The notes beneath the pieces are model-generated. The model saw nothing but the letters and a program-made list of their open reading frames with translations, made no database searches and was not told where the DNA came from. A stretch of DNA of 64,000 nt, taken from an uncultured Clostridia bacterium (GTDB taxonomy: Bacteria; Bacillota; Clostridia; Christensenellales; Borkfalkiaceae). How positions within the stretch are numbered: position 1 is the first letter of the stretch; each line of letters starts with the position of its first letter. The position numbers and the translations under genes are program-made. Positions 48,699 through 57,747 of this stretch are shown here, one piece after another. The stretch lies in assembly GCA_964592605.1 (NCBI GenBank), contig CAZQFP010000001.1, positions 6,755-70,754 on the forward strand, given 5' to 3'.

Positions 48699-49475
48699 TC
48701 AATTCAGTTTTTTAAAAAGCCTATGCGCGTTTTGCCACACAACGTCCGTCATTATTTCAACGCTTTCGCCGCGAAGCTCCGCCATATTTTGCAAAATTTC
48801 GGGTATGCTTTCGGGCGTGTTCGGATACTGCCCCGCTTTTGATTTTGGCGCAAGATACGGGCTGTCCGTTTCGGTCAAAAGCCTTTCACCGCTTATCGCG
48901 GCAATACTTTTTCTTGCGCGCTTACTGCCAGAATACGTGCTTGTACCGCCGAAAGAAAAGTAAAAGCCCATTTGTTGCAATTCAAGCGCAATTTCAGCGG
49001 AATGAGAATAACAGTGCATAAGCGCGCCGTTTTTCAGCAAACTTTTATGCTCTTTAAGCATATTAAGCATATCTTCCGCACAGTCTCGCGAATGTATCTG
49101 CACAGGCAAGCGTAATTTGTCGGCAAGCTGTAACTGCCGCACAAACATTTGCTTTTGTAACGGCTTATCGGTATCGGGGTAATGGTAATCAAGCCCTATT
49201 TCGCCGATAGCAACGCACTTTTTGTCGTTTGCAAGCTCTTCCACCCTTTCAAGGTCGCCTTCTCTGCATTTTGAAAGCTCCGTTGGATGTAAACCTGCCG
49301 TAAAGTAAACGCAAGAGTACTTTTTTGAAAGTTCTCGGCTGAACTCGCTTGACGGTACGTCAAACCCCGCCGCAATCACCTTATGCACGCCCGCCGCTTC
49401 CAGTCTTTCAAAAAACGCGTTCAAATCGCCGTAGTGTCCGCCGTCAAGGTGGCAATGCACGTCGATAAACTTCAC
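48699..49475 (-). CDS. tatD: TatD family metal-dependent hydrolase (DNase)
   Basis: IDVHCHLD N-terminal motif, later HSR and H-C-Y-S motifs, 258 aa. 4-nt overlap with metG, the conserved metG-tatD pairing. Confidence 0.85.
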   Translation of the reverse strand: MKFIDVHCHLDGGHYGDLNAFFERLEAAGVHKVIAAGFDVPSSEFSRELSKKYSCVYFTAGLHPTELSKCREGDLERVEELANDKKCVAIGEIGLDYHYPDTDKPLQKQMFVRQLQLADKLRLPVQIHSRDCAEDMLNMLKEHKSLLKNGALMHCYSHSAEIALELQQMGFYFSFGGTSTYSGSKRARKSIAAISGERLLTETDSPYLAPKSKAGQYPNTPESIPEILQNMAELRGESVEIMTDVVWQNAHRLFKKLN

Positions 49476-51424
49476 GAAAGCAAGCTCCCGTCGGGCAAAT
49501 CTTTTTCGGGCGAAACCAAACTAAGCGTACCGTCGGGCGCTTCCGCGCACACAATCATACCTTCGCTTAAAAGCCCTTTCATCTCGCGCGGCGGCAAATT
49601 GCAAACAACTATAACCTTTTTGCCGACCATCTCTTCGGGCGTGTAATACTTTGCTATGCCCGAAAGTATTGAAAGCGTTTTGCTTCCCACTTTCACCGTT
49701 TCGTGCAACAGTTTGCTCTTTTTAACGGCTTCGCACGCAATAACCGTGCCCGTGCGCATCTCTATCTTTGCAAAATCGTCTATGGTTATCTGCGGTTTGC
49801 TTTCAATTTCTATCTCTTCCACAACGCTCTCCTTTTTAGTAAACGCGGGTAAAACGTCTTCCTGCTTAATCCTTTCAAACAGCGTCTGCGGCGCCAAAGT
49901 AACGCGGTATTCCTTTCCGCCTTCGGTTGCGCCTACTTCGGCAAGTATCTTTTCGGCAGTTGAAGGCATAAACGGCTTCAACGTCTGTGCGCCGACTTCC
50001 AACGCGTTTAAAAGATTATATAAAACTGTGCTAAGCGTTTCGCGCTTGCTCTCGTCCTTAGCCAAAATCCAAGGACAGGTTTCGTCAATGTACTTGTTCG
50101 CGCGGCGGAACAGCGTCCACAGCGCGTCCAACGCTTCGGCAACCTTATATTCTTCCATCTTCGCGTCAACCTTTTCACACACTGCGGAAAGAGTGCTGCG
50201 CAAATCTTCGTCGAAGTCCGTTTTTGCCGAAGTTTTTTTAGCAACTCCGCCCAAATACTGGTTTGTCATAGAAACGGTGCGTTTCAACAAATTGCCCAAA
50301 GTGTTTGCAAGATCGGAATTTATGCGCTCGCACATAAGCTCAACCGTTATAATTCCGTCGTCCTGATATGGCATTTCGTGTAAAATGAAATACCTTACCG
50401 CATCCACTCCGAAAACGTTTGCCAGCTCGTCCGCGTACAATACGTTGCCTTTGGACTTTGACATCTTGTCGCCGCCCTGCAACAGCCAGGGGTGCCCTAA
50501 AACGCACTTAGGCAGCGGCTGACCCAACGCCGTTAAAAATATAGGCCAGTAAATGGTATGGAAACGCAAAATGTCCTTACCTATAACGTGCACGTCGCAA
50601 GGCCACCACTTTTTGTAAGCGTTTTCGGGTTTTTCCACGTCGTAACCAACGCCCGTTATATAGTTTGTAAGCGCGTCCAGCCACACGTATACGACGTGCT
50701 TATCGTCGAAGTCCACGGGCACGCCCCATTTGAACGTCGAACGCGAAACGCACAAATCCTGTAATTTAGTATTTAATTTTCCGCTCTTGGCAATGGCGAG
50801 AATTTCTTCGTCGCTCTTTGCCGCGTCTTCTTCGCACAATAAAAAATTGTTAAGCATTTCGCGCTTGCGCGATGCGGGTTTAATAAATTCGGGATGGCTT
50901 AAAATATGCTCCACAAGTCTAGGCGCATATTTACCCATCTTAAAAAAGTACGCATCTTCGCGCGCGGGTTTTACTTCTCTGCCGCAGTCGGGGCACTTTC
51001 CGTTTACAAGCTGGCTTTCCGACCAAAAGCTCTCGCACGGAGTGCAGTACAATCCTTCGTACGCGCCCTTGTAAATATCGCCCTGCTGGTACAGTTTTTT
51101 AAATATTTTTTGAACCTGCCGCTCGTGATAATCGTCGGTAGTGCGTATGAATTTATCGTACGAAACGCCCATTAAGTCCCAAATGCGCTTAATTTCGCCC
51201 GAAACTTCGTCTACGAACTGCTTGGGCGTAACGCCGCGGTCGGCGGCTTTCTGCTCCACTTTAAGCCCGTGTTCGTCCGTGCCCGTCATAAAGAATACGT
51301 CGTAGCCCTTAGCGCGCTTAAACCGCGCAATGCTGTCCGCAAAAACGCTTTCGTAGGTGTTGCCTATATGCGGCTTGCCCGAAGTATAGGTTATAGCCGT
51401 AGTCAAATAAAACTTCTGCTTCAT
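49472..51424 (-). CDS. metG: methionine--tRNA ligase with C-terminal tRNA-binding (EMAP/Trbp111-like) domain
   Basis: HIGN variant of HIGH (GKPHIGNTYE), KMSKS (DKMSKSKGN), zinc knuckle CPDCGRE, and a C-terminal OB-fold segment (IDDFAKIEMRTGTVIACEAV). Confidence 0.9.
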   Translation of the reverse strand: MKQKFYLTTAITYTSGKPHIGNTYESVFADSIARFKRAKGYDVFFMTGTDEHGLKVEQKAADRGVTPKQFVDEVSGEIKRIWDLMGVSYDKFIRTTDDYHERQVQKIFKKLYQQGDIYKGAYEGLYCTPCESFWSESQLVNGKCPDCGREVKPAREDAYFFKMGKYAPRLVEHILSHPEFIKPASRKREMLNNFLLCEEDAAKSDEEILAIAKSGKLNTKLQDLCVSRSTFKWGVPVDFDDKHVVYVWLDALTNYITGVGYDVEKPENAYKKWWPCDVHVIGKDILRFHTIYWPIFLTALGQPLPKCVLGHPWLLQGGDKMSKSKGNVLYADELANVFGVDAVRYFILHEMPYQDDGIITVELMCERINSDLANTLGNLLKRTVSMTNQYLGGVAKKTSAKTDFDEDLRSTLSAVCEKVDAKMEEYKVAEALDALWTLFRRANKYIDETCPWILAKDESKRETLSTVLYNLLNALEVGAQTLKPFMPSTAEKILAEVGATEGGKEYRVTLAPQTLFERIKQEDVLPAFTKKESVVEEIEIESKPQITIDDFAKIEMRTGTVIACEAVKKSKLLHETVKVGSKTLSILSGIAKYYTPEEMVGKKVIVVCNLPPREMKGLLSEGMIVCAEAPDGTLSLVSPEKDLPDGSLLS

Positions 51425-51482
51425 AATTTAACTCCTTCAAAATTTTAACATAATCGCCGCCGATTGTAAATAAAAATAACTT

Positions 51483-52046
51483 ATGAACGCAATTTTTGCG
51501 GTAATCTTCATCTCATCGCTGATAGCAATAACCTTTATCGAACCCGATAAACTTCTTCCGTCTCTTCTCGGCGGCGCGCAAAACTCCCTTAAAATGGCGG
51601 TTACTCTCTTTTGCATATACGCCGTATGGATGGGGCTTAGCCGCCTTGCCGAAAAAAGCGGACTTTCTAAGGGCGCGGCGCGCGCGTTAAAGCCGCTTTC
51701 GCGCAGGCTCTTCAAAACGCAGAACGAAACCGCGCTTGAAAGCATTGCAATGAATCTTTCGTGCAATCTTTTGGGTATCGGCGGCGCGGCGACGCCGTAC
51801 GCAGTTAAAGCTATCGGCGAGCTTGAAAAGGACAAGAACGACTACGCGCAAAAACTGCTTTTCGTAATAAACGCAACTTCTATTCAGCTTTTACCAACGA
51901 CGGTAATAGCTCTGCGCGCCAGCGCTGGAAGTGCGGCGGCTTTCGATATATTTTTACCGTCGCTCATATGCACAGCTTTTTCAACCGTGCTTGCCGCAGG
52001 GCTGTTTATTTTAAGCCGCAAACTGAAATTGCGCAAAAAAAGATAA
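51483..52046 (+). CDS. spmA: spore maturation protein A (nucleoside-recognition domain)
   Basis: 187 aa membrane protein. N-terminal MNAIFAVIFISSLI... and the gate-domain pattern. Followed by an overlapping spmB-like gene. Confidence 0.75.
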   Translation: MNAIFAVIFISSLIAITFIEPDKLLPSLLGGAQNSLKMAVTLFCIYAVWMGLSRLAEKSGLSKGAARALKPLSRRLFKTQNETALESIAMNLSCNLLGIGGAATPYAVKAIGELEKDKNDYAQKLLFVINATSIQLLPTTVIALRASAGSAAAFDIFLPSLICTAFSTVLAAGLFILSRKLKLRKKR

Positions 52047-52549
52047 TGGCGTACGTACTTCCAGTAATTTTTATATTTGTTTTCATATTCGCCGCAATAA
52101 AAAAAGTACGGCTGTACGACGAATTTTCGGCGGGAATACGCGAAGCCGTAAAATTTACAATTTCGCTTCTTCCTTGCCTTGCGGCAATGTTTATGTTCTG
52201 CGAGCTGTTTGAAGTTTCGCATCTTTCGGACATGCTTACAAACCTTCTTTCGCCGGTATTCGGCGCGCTGGGAATTCCGCCCGAGCTTACCAAACTTGTA
52301 CTGATAAAACCCTTTTCGGGAAGCGGTTCGCTTACGTATTTGAACAATATTATTACGGAATACGGCGCGGACAGCTACATAGCGCGGTGTGCATGCGTGT
52401 GCTTCGGTTCGTCCGAAACGGTTTTCTATATTTCTGCCGTTTATTTTGCTGGCGCTAAAAACAAAAAACTTGCCCTGCCGATAATAATTGTGTTAATTTC
52501 AATCTTTTTAACAACGATTTTGGCGTGTTTAATATGTAAAATTATGTGA
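52046..52549 (+). CDS. spmB: spore maturation protein B
   Basis: I prefer the ATG at 52046 (MAYVLPVIFIFVF...), which shares one base with the spmA stop (TAATG). 167-aa membrane protein paired with spmA. Confidence 0.7.
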   Translation: MAYVLPVIFIFVFIFAAIKKVRLYDEFSAGIREAVKFTISLLPCLAAMFMFCELFEVSHLSDMLTNLLSPVFGALGIPPELTKLVLIKPFSGSGSLTYLNNIITEYGADSYIARCACVCFGSSETVFYISAVYFAGAKNKKLALPIIIVLISIFLTTILACLICKIM

Positions 52550-52701
52550 ATTGTTAATTTACAACAAAAAATGTGAACCGCACTTAATTTTTAAATATGT
52601 CAAATTTTTTTACCGATTATGTTTTAAATATTTTGTCGAAAGTATATAATTTAAGCGTAAACGAAATTTACTTATCATTTTTCCCCCTTATCATATAGAG
52701 A

Positions 52702-52738
52702 CGGCGCAAATTCCGGTTTGCGTCGTTTCTGTTTTTTA
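52702..52738 (+). terminator. rho-independent terminator about 150 nt downstream of spmB
   Basis: ACGGCGCAAA / TTTGCGTCGT stem with one mismatch, followed by TTTCTGTTTTTT. Confidence 0.6.
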
Positions 52739-52746
52739 TCAAATAA

Positions 52747-52777
52747 AGCTGCCCGCGCTTTTTAAGCGCGGGCAGCT
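52747..52777 (-). terminator. rho-independent terminator of the cysteine desulfurase operon
   Basis: AGCTGCCCGCGC / GCGCGGGCAGCT 12-bp stem. On the minus strand it is followed by TTTATTTG. Confidence 0.75.
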
Positions 52778-52791
52778 AAATTATAATATTT

Positions 52792-53916
52792 TCAGTTTTT
52801 TCTTATCTTTTCAACTGCTGTTTTCAGCGCGTTTACGGCAAAATCAACTTCTTTTAAAGTGTTGTATTTGCCGAACGTAAACCTTACCGCACCTTTAACT
52901 CTGTCTTTTTCAAGCCCCATAGCCGTAAGCACGTGCGAAGACTCTACCGCCCCCGCCGAGCACGCCGAACCCGTTGAAACGCACACACCCTGCAAATCCA
53001 GCAAAAACAGTATTTTTTCACCCGTACAGCCGTCGAACGATAAATTCGCATTAGAAGGCAATCGCAATTCGGCATCTCCGTTAAGGTGCGCGCCGTCTAT
53101 TTCCTTTAAAACGCGGCTTACAAACTCGTCGCGAACAGCCATAACTTTAGCGCAGTTTTTTTCTCTGTCGCGTTCGGCAACTTCAAGCGCTTCGGCAAGC
53201 CCTACAATAGCCGCCGCGTTCAGAGTGCCGCCGCGGAAACCGCGCTCCTGCATTCCCCCCGAAATAAGCCTTTGCAATTTACTCGCCTTTTTAATATACA
53301 GCGCGCCGCAACCGTGCGGACCGTAAAATTTATGCGAAGAAATGCCCAGCCCGTCGCAGTTTTTTGTATTCAGTGTAAGCCAGCCAGCCGCCTGAACGCC
53401 GTCGCAATAGTAAAAAACGCCCCTTTTGCGGCAGATTTCACCTATTTTATCCACCGGCTGAATTGTTCCCACTTCGTTATTCGCCGCCATAACCGCGCAA
53501 AAAACGGTGTCAGGTCGCATAGCCCTTTCAATATCTTCGGGAGAAATTATTCCGCGACTGTCGGGTTGCACGTAAGTTACTTCAAAGCCGAACTTTTTCA
53601 TATCTTCCGCGCTTTCTATAATGCAGTGATGCTCTATGGCGGAAATTACAAGGTGTCCGCCGCCGTGAGCGCCGCACACGCCTTTAAGCGCGGTATTTCC
53701 CGCTTCGGTGCCGCCAGAAACAAAGTAAACTTCATCAGCATTACAGCCTAAAATACGCGCAACGCTGTCGCGCGCCGCAATGACGGCGTTAGCCGCTTCC
53801 CGTCCGACCGCGTGTTGCGACTGCGGATTTCCGAATTTTTCGCTCATATACAGCAACATTTTCCGCAAAACGCCGCTATCGAGCGGAGTTGTCGCCGCAT
53901 TATCAAGATAAATCAT
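52792..53916 (-). CDS. cysteine desulfurase (NifS/IscS family, class V aminotransferase)
   Basis: PLP-lysine motif SSHKFYGP, active-site Cys loop GSACSAG, N-terminal IYLDNAATTP. Confidence 0.85.
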   Translation of the reverse strand: MIYLDNAATTPLDSGVLRKMLLYMSEKFGNPQSQHAVGREAANAVIAARDSVARILGCNADEVYFVSGGTEAGNTALKGVCGAHGGGHLVISAIEHHCIIESAEDMKKFGFEVTYVQPDSRGIISPEDIERAMRPDTVFCAVMAANNEVGTIQPVDKIGEICRKRGVFYYCDGVQAAGWLTLNTKNCDGLGISSHKFYGPHGCGALYIKKASKLQRLISGGMQERGFRGGTLNAAAIVGLAEALEVAERDREKNCAKVMAVRDEFVSRVLKEIDGAHLNGDAELRLPSNANLSFDGCTGEKILFLLDLQGVCVSTGSACSAGAVESSHVLTAMGLEKDRVKGAVRFTFGKYNTLKEVDFAVNALKTAVEKIRKN

Positions 53917-54817
53917 TATTGACCTTTATAGCCTGTGCCACCGCGTTCAGTTTTTCAAGTTCGGCGCGGTTTTTTTCGTATTCGCGCCCAACCTTTGTGC
54001 GCAAATTGTTTTCGTTTAGCTTTAAATTGCGCTTGGCAACCCAAATTTTATGCGCCGCAACCAAAAATACTATGAACGCGGCGCCCGCGAGAGAAGCAAA
54101 AACAATGGTTAAAACAACGTTCGTTCCGTCTTCGCGCGCGTAAATCATACTTGCGAATACCGCCGCAACTATTGCAAGCGCAACAAATACCGCCGAGCTT
54201 ATTGCAAAAAATTTAGTAGCCGTTTTAGCGCGGCTTTGGAATACAGGTCTGCGCTCGTCCTTTTTGCGCTCGTTTTCTTCGTTAAGCCGCTCAACTTCAA
54301 CCTTAACTTCTTCAATTCTGTTATAAAGCGGCAAAGCAACTTCACAAAGCTCGTTCTTTTGCCCGTCGTCGCAGTACTCGGCAACGCCCTTAGCCGCATC
54401 CACGCACTCGTCAATGCGTGTAAAATCGCTCAAACCGCAACTTTCCGCAATGAGTTTAAGTTTATAAACTTCGCCGTTTTCGGGCGCAATCTCTTCAGCT
54501 TCCGCAAGAACTTCTCTCGCGCTTTCGTACTCGCCGTCCGCAACAGCCTTGCGCGCCTTTTTGAGTTTTTCTTCGGTTTCTTCAAGAATTCTTTTCTCTT
54601 CTTCTTCGCGCGCCCTTTTAAGCTCTGCAAGCTGTTCGGGAGTAAGCACCGCCGCTTCTTCGTCGTCGCTTTCCTGCTCGCTCACTTCAAAAACGGGTTC
54701 TTCTCTCTCTTCGTCTTCGCCCTGCGGCACAAGCACGAGTTCTTCTTCACCGTCGGCGTTTTTTATAACTTTGTATTTTCTGTCCTTGTCGTCGTCAATC
54801 AATCTCTCTTCAGCCAT
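53903..54817 (-). CDS. hypothetical protein: acidic coiled-coil N-terminal region, two TM helices, basic C-terminal helix
   Basis: 304 aa, Glu/Asp-rich first 200 aa, hydrophobic segments FFAISSAVFVALAIVAAVFASMIY and VVLTIVFASLAGAAFIVFLVAA. Overlaps the desulfurase gene by 14 nt. Confidence 0.55.
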   Translation of the reverse strand: MAEERLIDDDKDRKYKVIKNADGEEELVLVPQGEDEEREEPVFEVSEQESDDEEAAVLTPEQLAELKRAREEEEKRILEETEEKLKKARKAVADGEYESAREVLAEAEEIAPENGEVYKLKLIAESCGLSDFTRIDECVDAAKGVAEYCDDGQKNELCEVALPLYNRIEEVKVEVERLNEENERKKDERRPVFQSRAKTATKFFAISSAVFVALAIVAAVFASMIYAREDGTNVVLTIVFASLAGAAFIVFLVAAHKIWVAKRNLKLNENNLRTKVGREYEKNRAELEKLNAVAQAIKVNNDLS

Positions 54818-54827
54818 TTTTCACTCC

Positions 54828-55682
54828 TTAAAATTCTTGCGGCTCAACCGTTTTAAGCCTTATACATTCGAACGCGCCGCGGTATCTGCTCTTTGCCCAG
54901 TCGCACATTTCACGGCTTTCAAACAGCGCGAACACTGCGCTACCCGAACCTGTCATTCCAACTCCGTACGGCGAAAAGTCTTTCAACTCATCAAAAGCCC
55001 TTTTAACTTCGGAATTGATTTTTGCCGCAGGCTCGTACAAAGCGTTTGAAAAAGCTGCGCCCAAATCCGTTAAATTACCCTTTCTCAGCGCAAGTGCGGC
55101 TAAATCCGCCGTATTTTCTTCACCGTGCGACAAATACTCGCGGAAGCATTGCGCCGTTGAAACGCCGCTTTTAGGCACGAGCGCCAAAAAATTCAACTGC
55201 TTAGAAGAACTCAGCTTTTCAACTATCTCTCCCCTGCCGCGAAGCCTTGCAAAGCCGCCCGAAAGCATATAGCCGCAATCGCTCCCCAGGCTGTCGGCAA
55301 TTTGTTTAAGCTGTCTTTCGCTACCGTAGCCGTAAAGTTTACTCATTCCGCGAAGTACTCCGGCGATATCGGCGGACGAACCGCCCATACCCGCGCCTAC
55401 GGGAATATTTTTGTAAATTTTTATGTCCGCGCCGCAGGTTGAAAACGCCTTAACGTAGGCTTCCGCCGCCTTTACCGCGTTGTTTTCTTCGGGCGCAAGC
55501 GTTTCAAGCCCCATGCCGTACATTCTCACGTTTACAAGCTCGTCTTTGCGCTTTGTAAGTTTTATCAAATCGAACAAGTCAACAGTACAGACAACGCTGT
55601 CAAGCATATGAAAGCCGCCGCTCTCGCCCGTTACGGCAAGCGTTAAATTAAGTTTTGCATACGCCTTAACCCTTTGGCTCAT
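54828..55682 (-). CDS. ispE: 4-diphosphocytidyl-2-C-methyl-D-erythritol kinase
   Basis: AKLNLTL N-terminal motif and GHMP kinase motif PVGAGMGGSSADIAG. I prefer the ATG at 55682 (MSQRVKAYAKLNL) because the ATG at 55712 lies inside the promoter spacer described next. Confidence 0.85.
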   Translation of the reverse strand: MSQRVKAYAKLNLTLAVTGESGGFHMLDSVVCTVDLFDLIKLTKRKDELVNVRMYGMGLETLAPEENNAVKAAEAYVKAFSTCGADIKIYKNIPVGAGMGGSSADIAGVLRGMSKLYGYGSERQLKQIADSLGSDCGYMLSGGFARLRGRGEIVEKLSSSKQLNFLALVPKSGVSTAQCFREYLSHGEENTADLAALALRKGNLTDLGAAFSNALYEPAAKINSEVKRAFDELKDFSPYGVGMTGSGSAVFALFESREMCDWAKSRYRGAFECIRLKTVEPQEF

Positions 55683-55688
55683 AAACAA

Positions 55689-55717
55689 ATTATACCACGC
55701 CGCACCGCGCATTTCAA
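55689..55717 (-). promoter_or_regulatory. near-consensus sigma-A promoter placed for a leaderless ispE mRNA
   Basis: Minus strand: TTGAAA (55717-55712), 17 nt, TATAAT (55694-55689), then 6 nt (TTGTTT), then ATG at 55682. No Shine-Dalgarno in between. Confidence 0.5.
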
Positions 55718-55759
55718 TCTATTTCAAAAAGTTTTTAAAAGGCACATTGCGTAACTTAA

Positions 55760-55787
55760 GCCGCGGAAGCGTAAACGCTTCCGCGGC
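55760..55787. terminator. GC-rich hairpin after the DUF3794/LysM gene
   Basis: GCCGCGGAAGCG-TAAA-CGCTTCCGCGGC perfect 12-bp stem. The U-tract is weak on both strands. Confidence 0.5.
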
Positions 55788-55821
55788 TGTAAATTCTTAA
55801 ATATTAAATTTTATTTTTGTT

Positions 55822-57294
55822 TCAGCCCTGTTTTGCCCTGTAAACCAAAATTCTTTCTTTGCCCGTCAACGGGAAAGTCAAATCGGGGTTTGAACTCTGT
55901 ATGCTTTCGGGGCTGGACGAAAGTTTTTTAGCCGTTTCCCAAAGTCCGTCGCCTGCGGTGGGAATATACACGCTTATAGCGCAGTCGTTAACCTGCTTTT
56001 TGTCGCCTTCGGTAATTTCGGTAACGTACGTGCATTTGCACTGCGTGCCGTCGAAAGCGGCTATTTTAAGCGTAGCTTCGCCTTCACATTCGCCTTCCGC
56101 ACGCTGGCGCAGGCTTGCCGAAAGCACAGCAACCGATATATTTTTGCAATTTGCGGAAAGCCCGGGCAAGCTCAAAGTAAACGGCATATTTACTTCGGTA
56201 GAATGAACTTCACCGCCCTGTTCGTACAAAAGCGTTGCGGTAACCGCACCTTCCAAGCCGTCCGCCGTGCGCTCGAATTCGGCACGCGGCAACGAAGCCG
56301 CAAGGAACGCGCACGTGTAGTCCAGTTTTGCTTTCACCGCGCACGCACCGCTTACTCTTTCGGAATAAACCTTTACGTCGTCGTCCGTTTCGCACACTTC
56401 TTCGGCGGTTGAAAGATTAAGCTCGCACTCGGGCGAAAACGCGTCGTCAAGCAACGATATTTCTTCTTCTTCGTAGAAGTGTCCGTAAAGCCCCAACGTT
56501 GCGTTCAACTCAACCGAGCACTGATTTTTTTCTTCGTTAACTTTGCAATTTACGCTAACGTTCTTAATTTCGGCGCGGCAGTAAGCTCTGCGCGAAAGCA
56601 ACGCCTGATCGCACTCGGTTTCGCATCTAAAAGGAATAACTCTGTCAAGCCCGACCGGCATACCGTCGCGTACGGCGAGCAACGAAAGATAAATTTCTCC
56701 GCTCGTTTCTACAACGCCAGCCTTTACCGAACAGTCAAGTACGAGCGCCTGAGCGGCAGGAATAAGCACGTCGGTTGCAACGCATTCGAATTCGTCTTCA
56801 ACTTCGCTTTCGCCCGAAAAATTAACCAAAGAATACAGTTTTTTAGTTTCGTTTTTGCAAATCGCACCGTCCGCCGAAGTCAAGTAGCTCCTTGCCGCTT
56901 CTTCGAACACGGTTATTTCCGCGCCTGCAACGACGGCTACAATCACCGTAGAACCTTCGCGCTTTACCTGATAGCGCTCGCAGGAAAGGCGGCACTCCAC
57001 GTTCTGCGCGGGCGTAAGCCGCTCGTCGTCGGCATAGTGCGTAAACTCCGCGCCTTTCTGAACGCGGCAAAGTTTATTTTCGCCGTCAGAATACACAAGC
57101 GTTGCAATTAGTCTGCCGCCGTAGTTTACTCTGCCAGACGACGCTTCACACGTTGTAAGCGAAATCTGCGGGTATACCGCCGCAACCTCTATTGCTTCAG
57201 TGTTAGCGAATTTTATTTCAATCACCGATTGTGTGTGCAGAACGGCAAGTTTGCGTGTATAAGAACCCGTCTGCAACTGAGAATTAACTGCCAT
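55822..57294 (-). CDS. hypothetical sporulation-associated protein (DUF3794-like repeats) with C-terminal LysM-like domain
   Basis: 490 aa. Beta-rich repeats resemble DUF3794 as I remember it. The C-terminal ISVYIPTAGDGLWETAKKLSSSPESIQSSNPDLTFPLTGKERILV fits the LysM pattern. Located between veg and ispE. Confidence 0.5.
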   Translation of the reverse strand: MAVNSQLQTGSYTRKLAVLHTQSVIEIKFANTEAIEVAAVYPQISLTTCEASSGRVNYGGRLIATLVYSDGENKLCRVQKGAEFTHYADDERLTPAQNVECRLSCERYQVKREGSTVIVAVVAGAEITVFEEAARSYLTSADGAICKNETKKLYSLVNFSGESEVEDEFECVATDVLIPAAQALVLDCSVKAGVVETSGEIYLSLLAVRDGMPVGLDRVIPFRCETECDQALLSRRAYCRAEIKNVSVNCKVNEEKNQCSVELNATLGLYGHFYEEEEISLLDDAFSPECELNLSTAEEVCETDDDVKVYSERVSGACAVKAKLDYTCAFLAASLPRAEFERTADGLEGAVTATLLYEQGGEVHSTEVNMPFTLSLPGLSANCKNISVAVLSASLRQRAEGECEGEATLKIAAFDGTQCKCTYVTEITEGDKKQVNDCAISVYIPTAGDGLWETAKKLSSSPESIQSSNPDLTFPLTGKERILVYRAKQG

Positions 57295-57359
57295 ATTACG
57301 ACCTCCGACCGTTACAAGGCTATAATATGCCGTTTTAATTCCCGATATTACAAAAAATT

Positions 57360-57617
57360 TTACTCCGATTTACTTTCGGCGCTTTCCGAAACTTTTACTC
57401 TGCCGCAAAGAATTTCAGAATACGAATACGCCGTTTTACCCAAAAAGTTTTTATCGAAGGGGCTTACCGTGAACAGCGAAGGATACACGCCGCTTACAAC
57501 CGCGGGAAAAGTTACGAATTTATTGCGCCCTAAATTGAGCTTTACAGTAACGTACTTGCCGCTAAGCGCTTTTATTTTTTCTTTAATTGCGTTTACCGTT
57601 AAATTTACTTTAATCAT
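57360..57617 (-). CDS. veg: Veg (biofilm/sporulation-associated small DNA-binding protein, DUF1021)
   Basis: 85 aa. IKEKIKALSGKYVTVKLNLGRNKF...GVYPSLFTV...AYSYSEILCGRVKV aligns with the Veg family pattern. Confidence 0.8.
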   Translation of the reverse strand: MIKVNLTVNAIKEKIKALSGKYVTVKLNLGRNKFVTFPAVVSGVYPSLFTVSPFDKNFLGKTAYSYSEILCGRVKVSESAESKSE

Positions 57618-57685
57618 ACAATTATTTTTGCCAAAAAACGGTAAATTATGCGTATTTTGTTACGGTTTGAAGCGACAATAAAAAT

Positions 57686-57713
57686 ACCGCTTCCCCGAAT
57701 ATTCGGGAAAGCG
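57686..57713 (-). terminator. rho-independent terminator
   Basis: CCGCTTCCCCGAA / TTCGGGAAAGCGG stem. On the minus strand it is followed by TATTTTTATT. It lies 35 nt after the stop of 57748..58257. Confidence 0.7.
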
Positions 57714-57747
57714 GCACACTTTATTTAAAATTACGCATTATTCAAAA

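Noticed and set aside
51425-51482. A T-box or other leader upstream of metG.
   Set aside because: The metG-spmA divergent intergenic region is only 58 nt, too short for a T-box leader. No specifier or T-box sequence is seen.
51437-51835. A 132-aa minus-strand ORF overlapping spmA.
   Set aside because: It is antisense to a gene with clear SpmA-like membrane-protein features. It has no RBS and no recognisable motifs.
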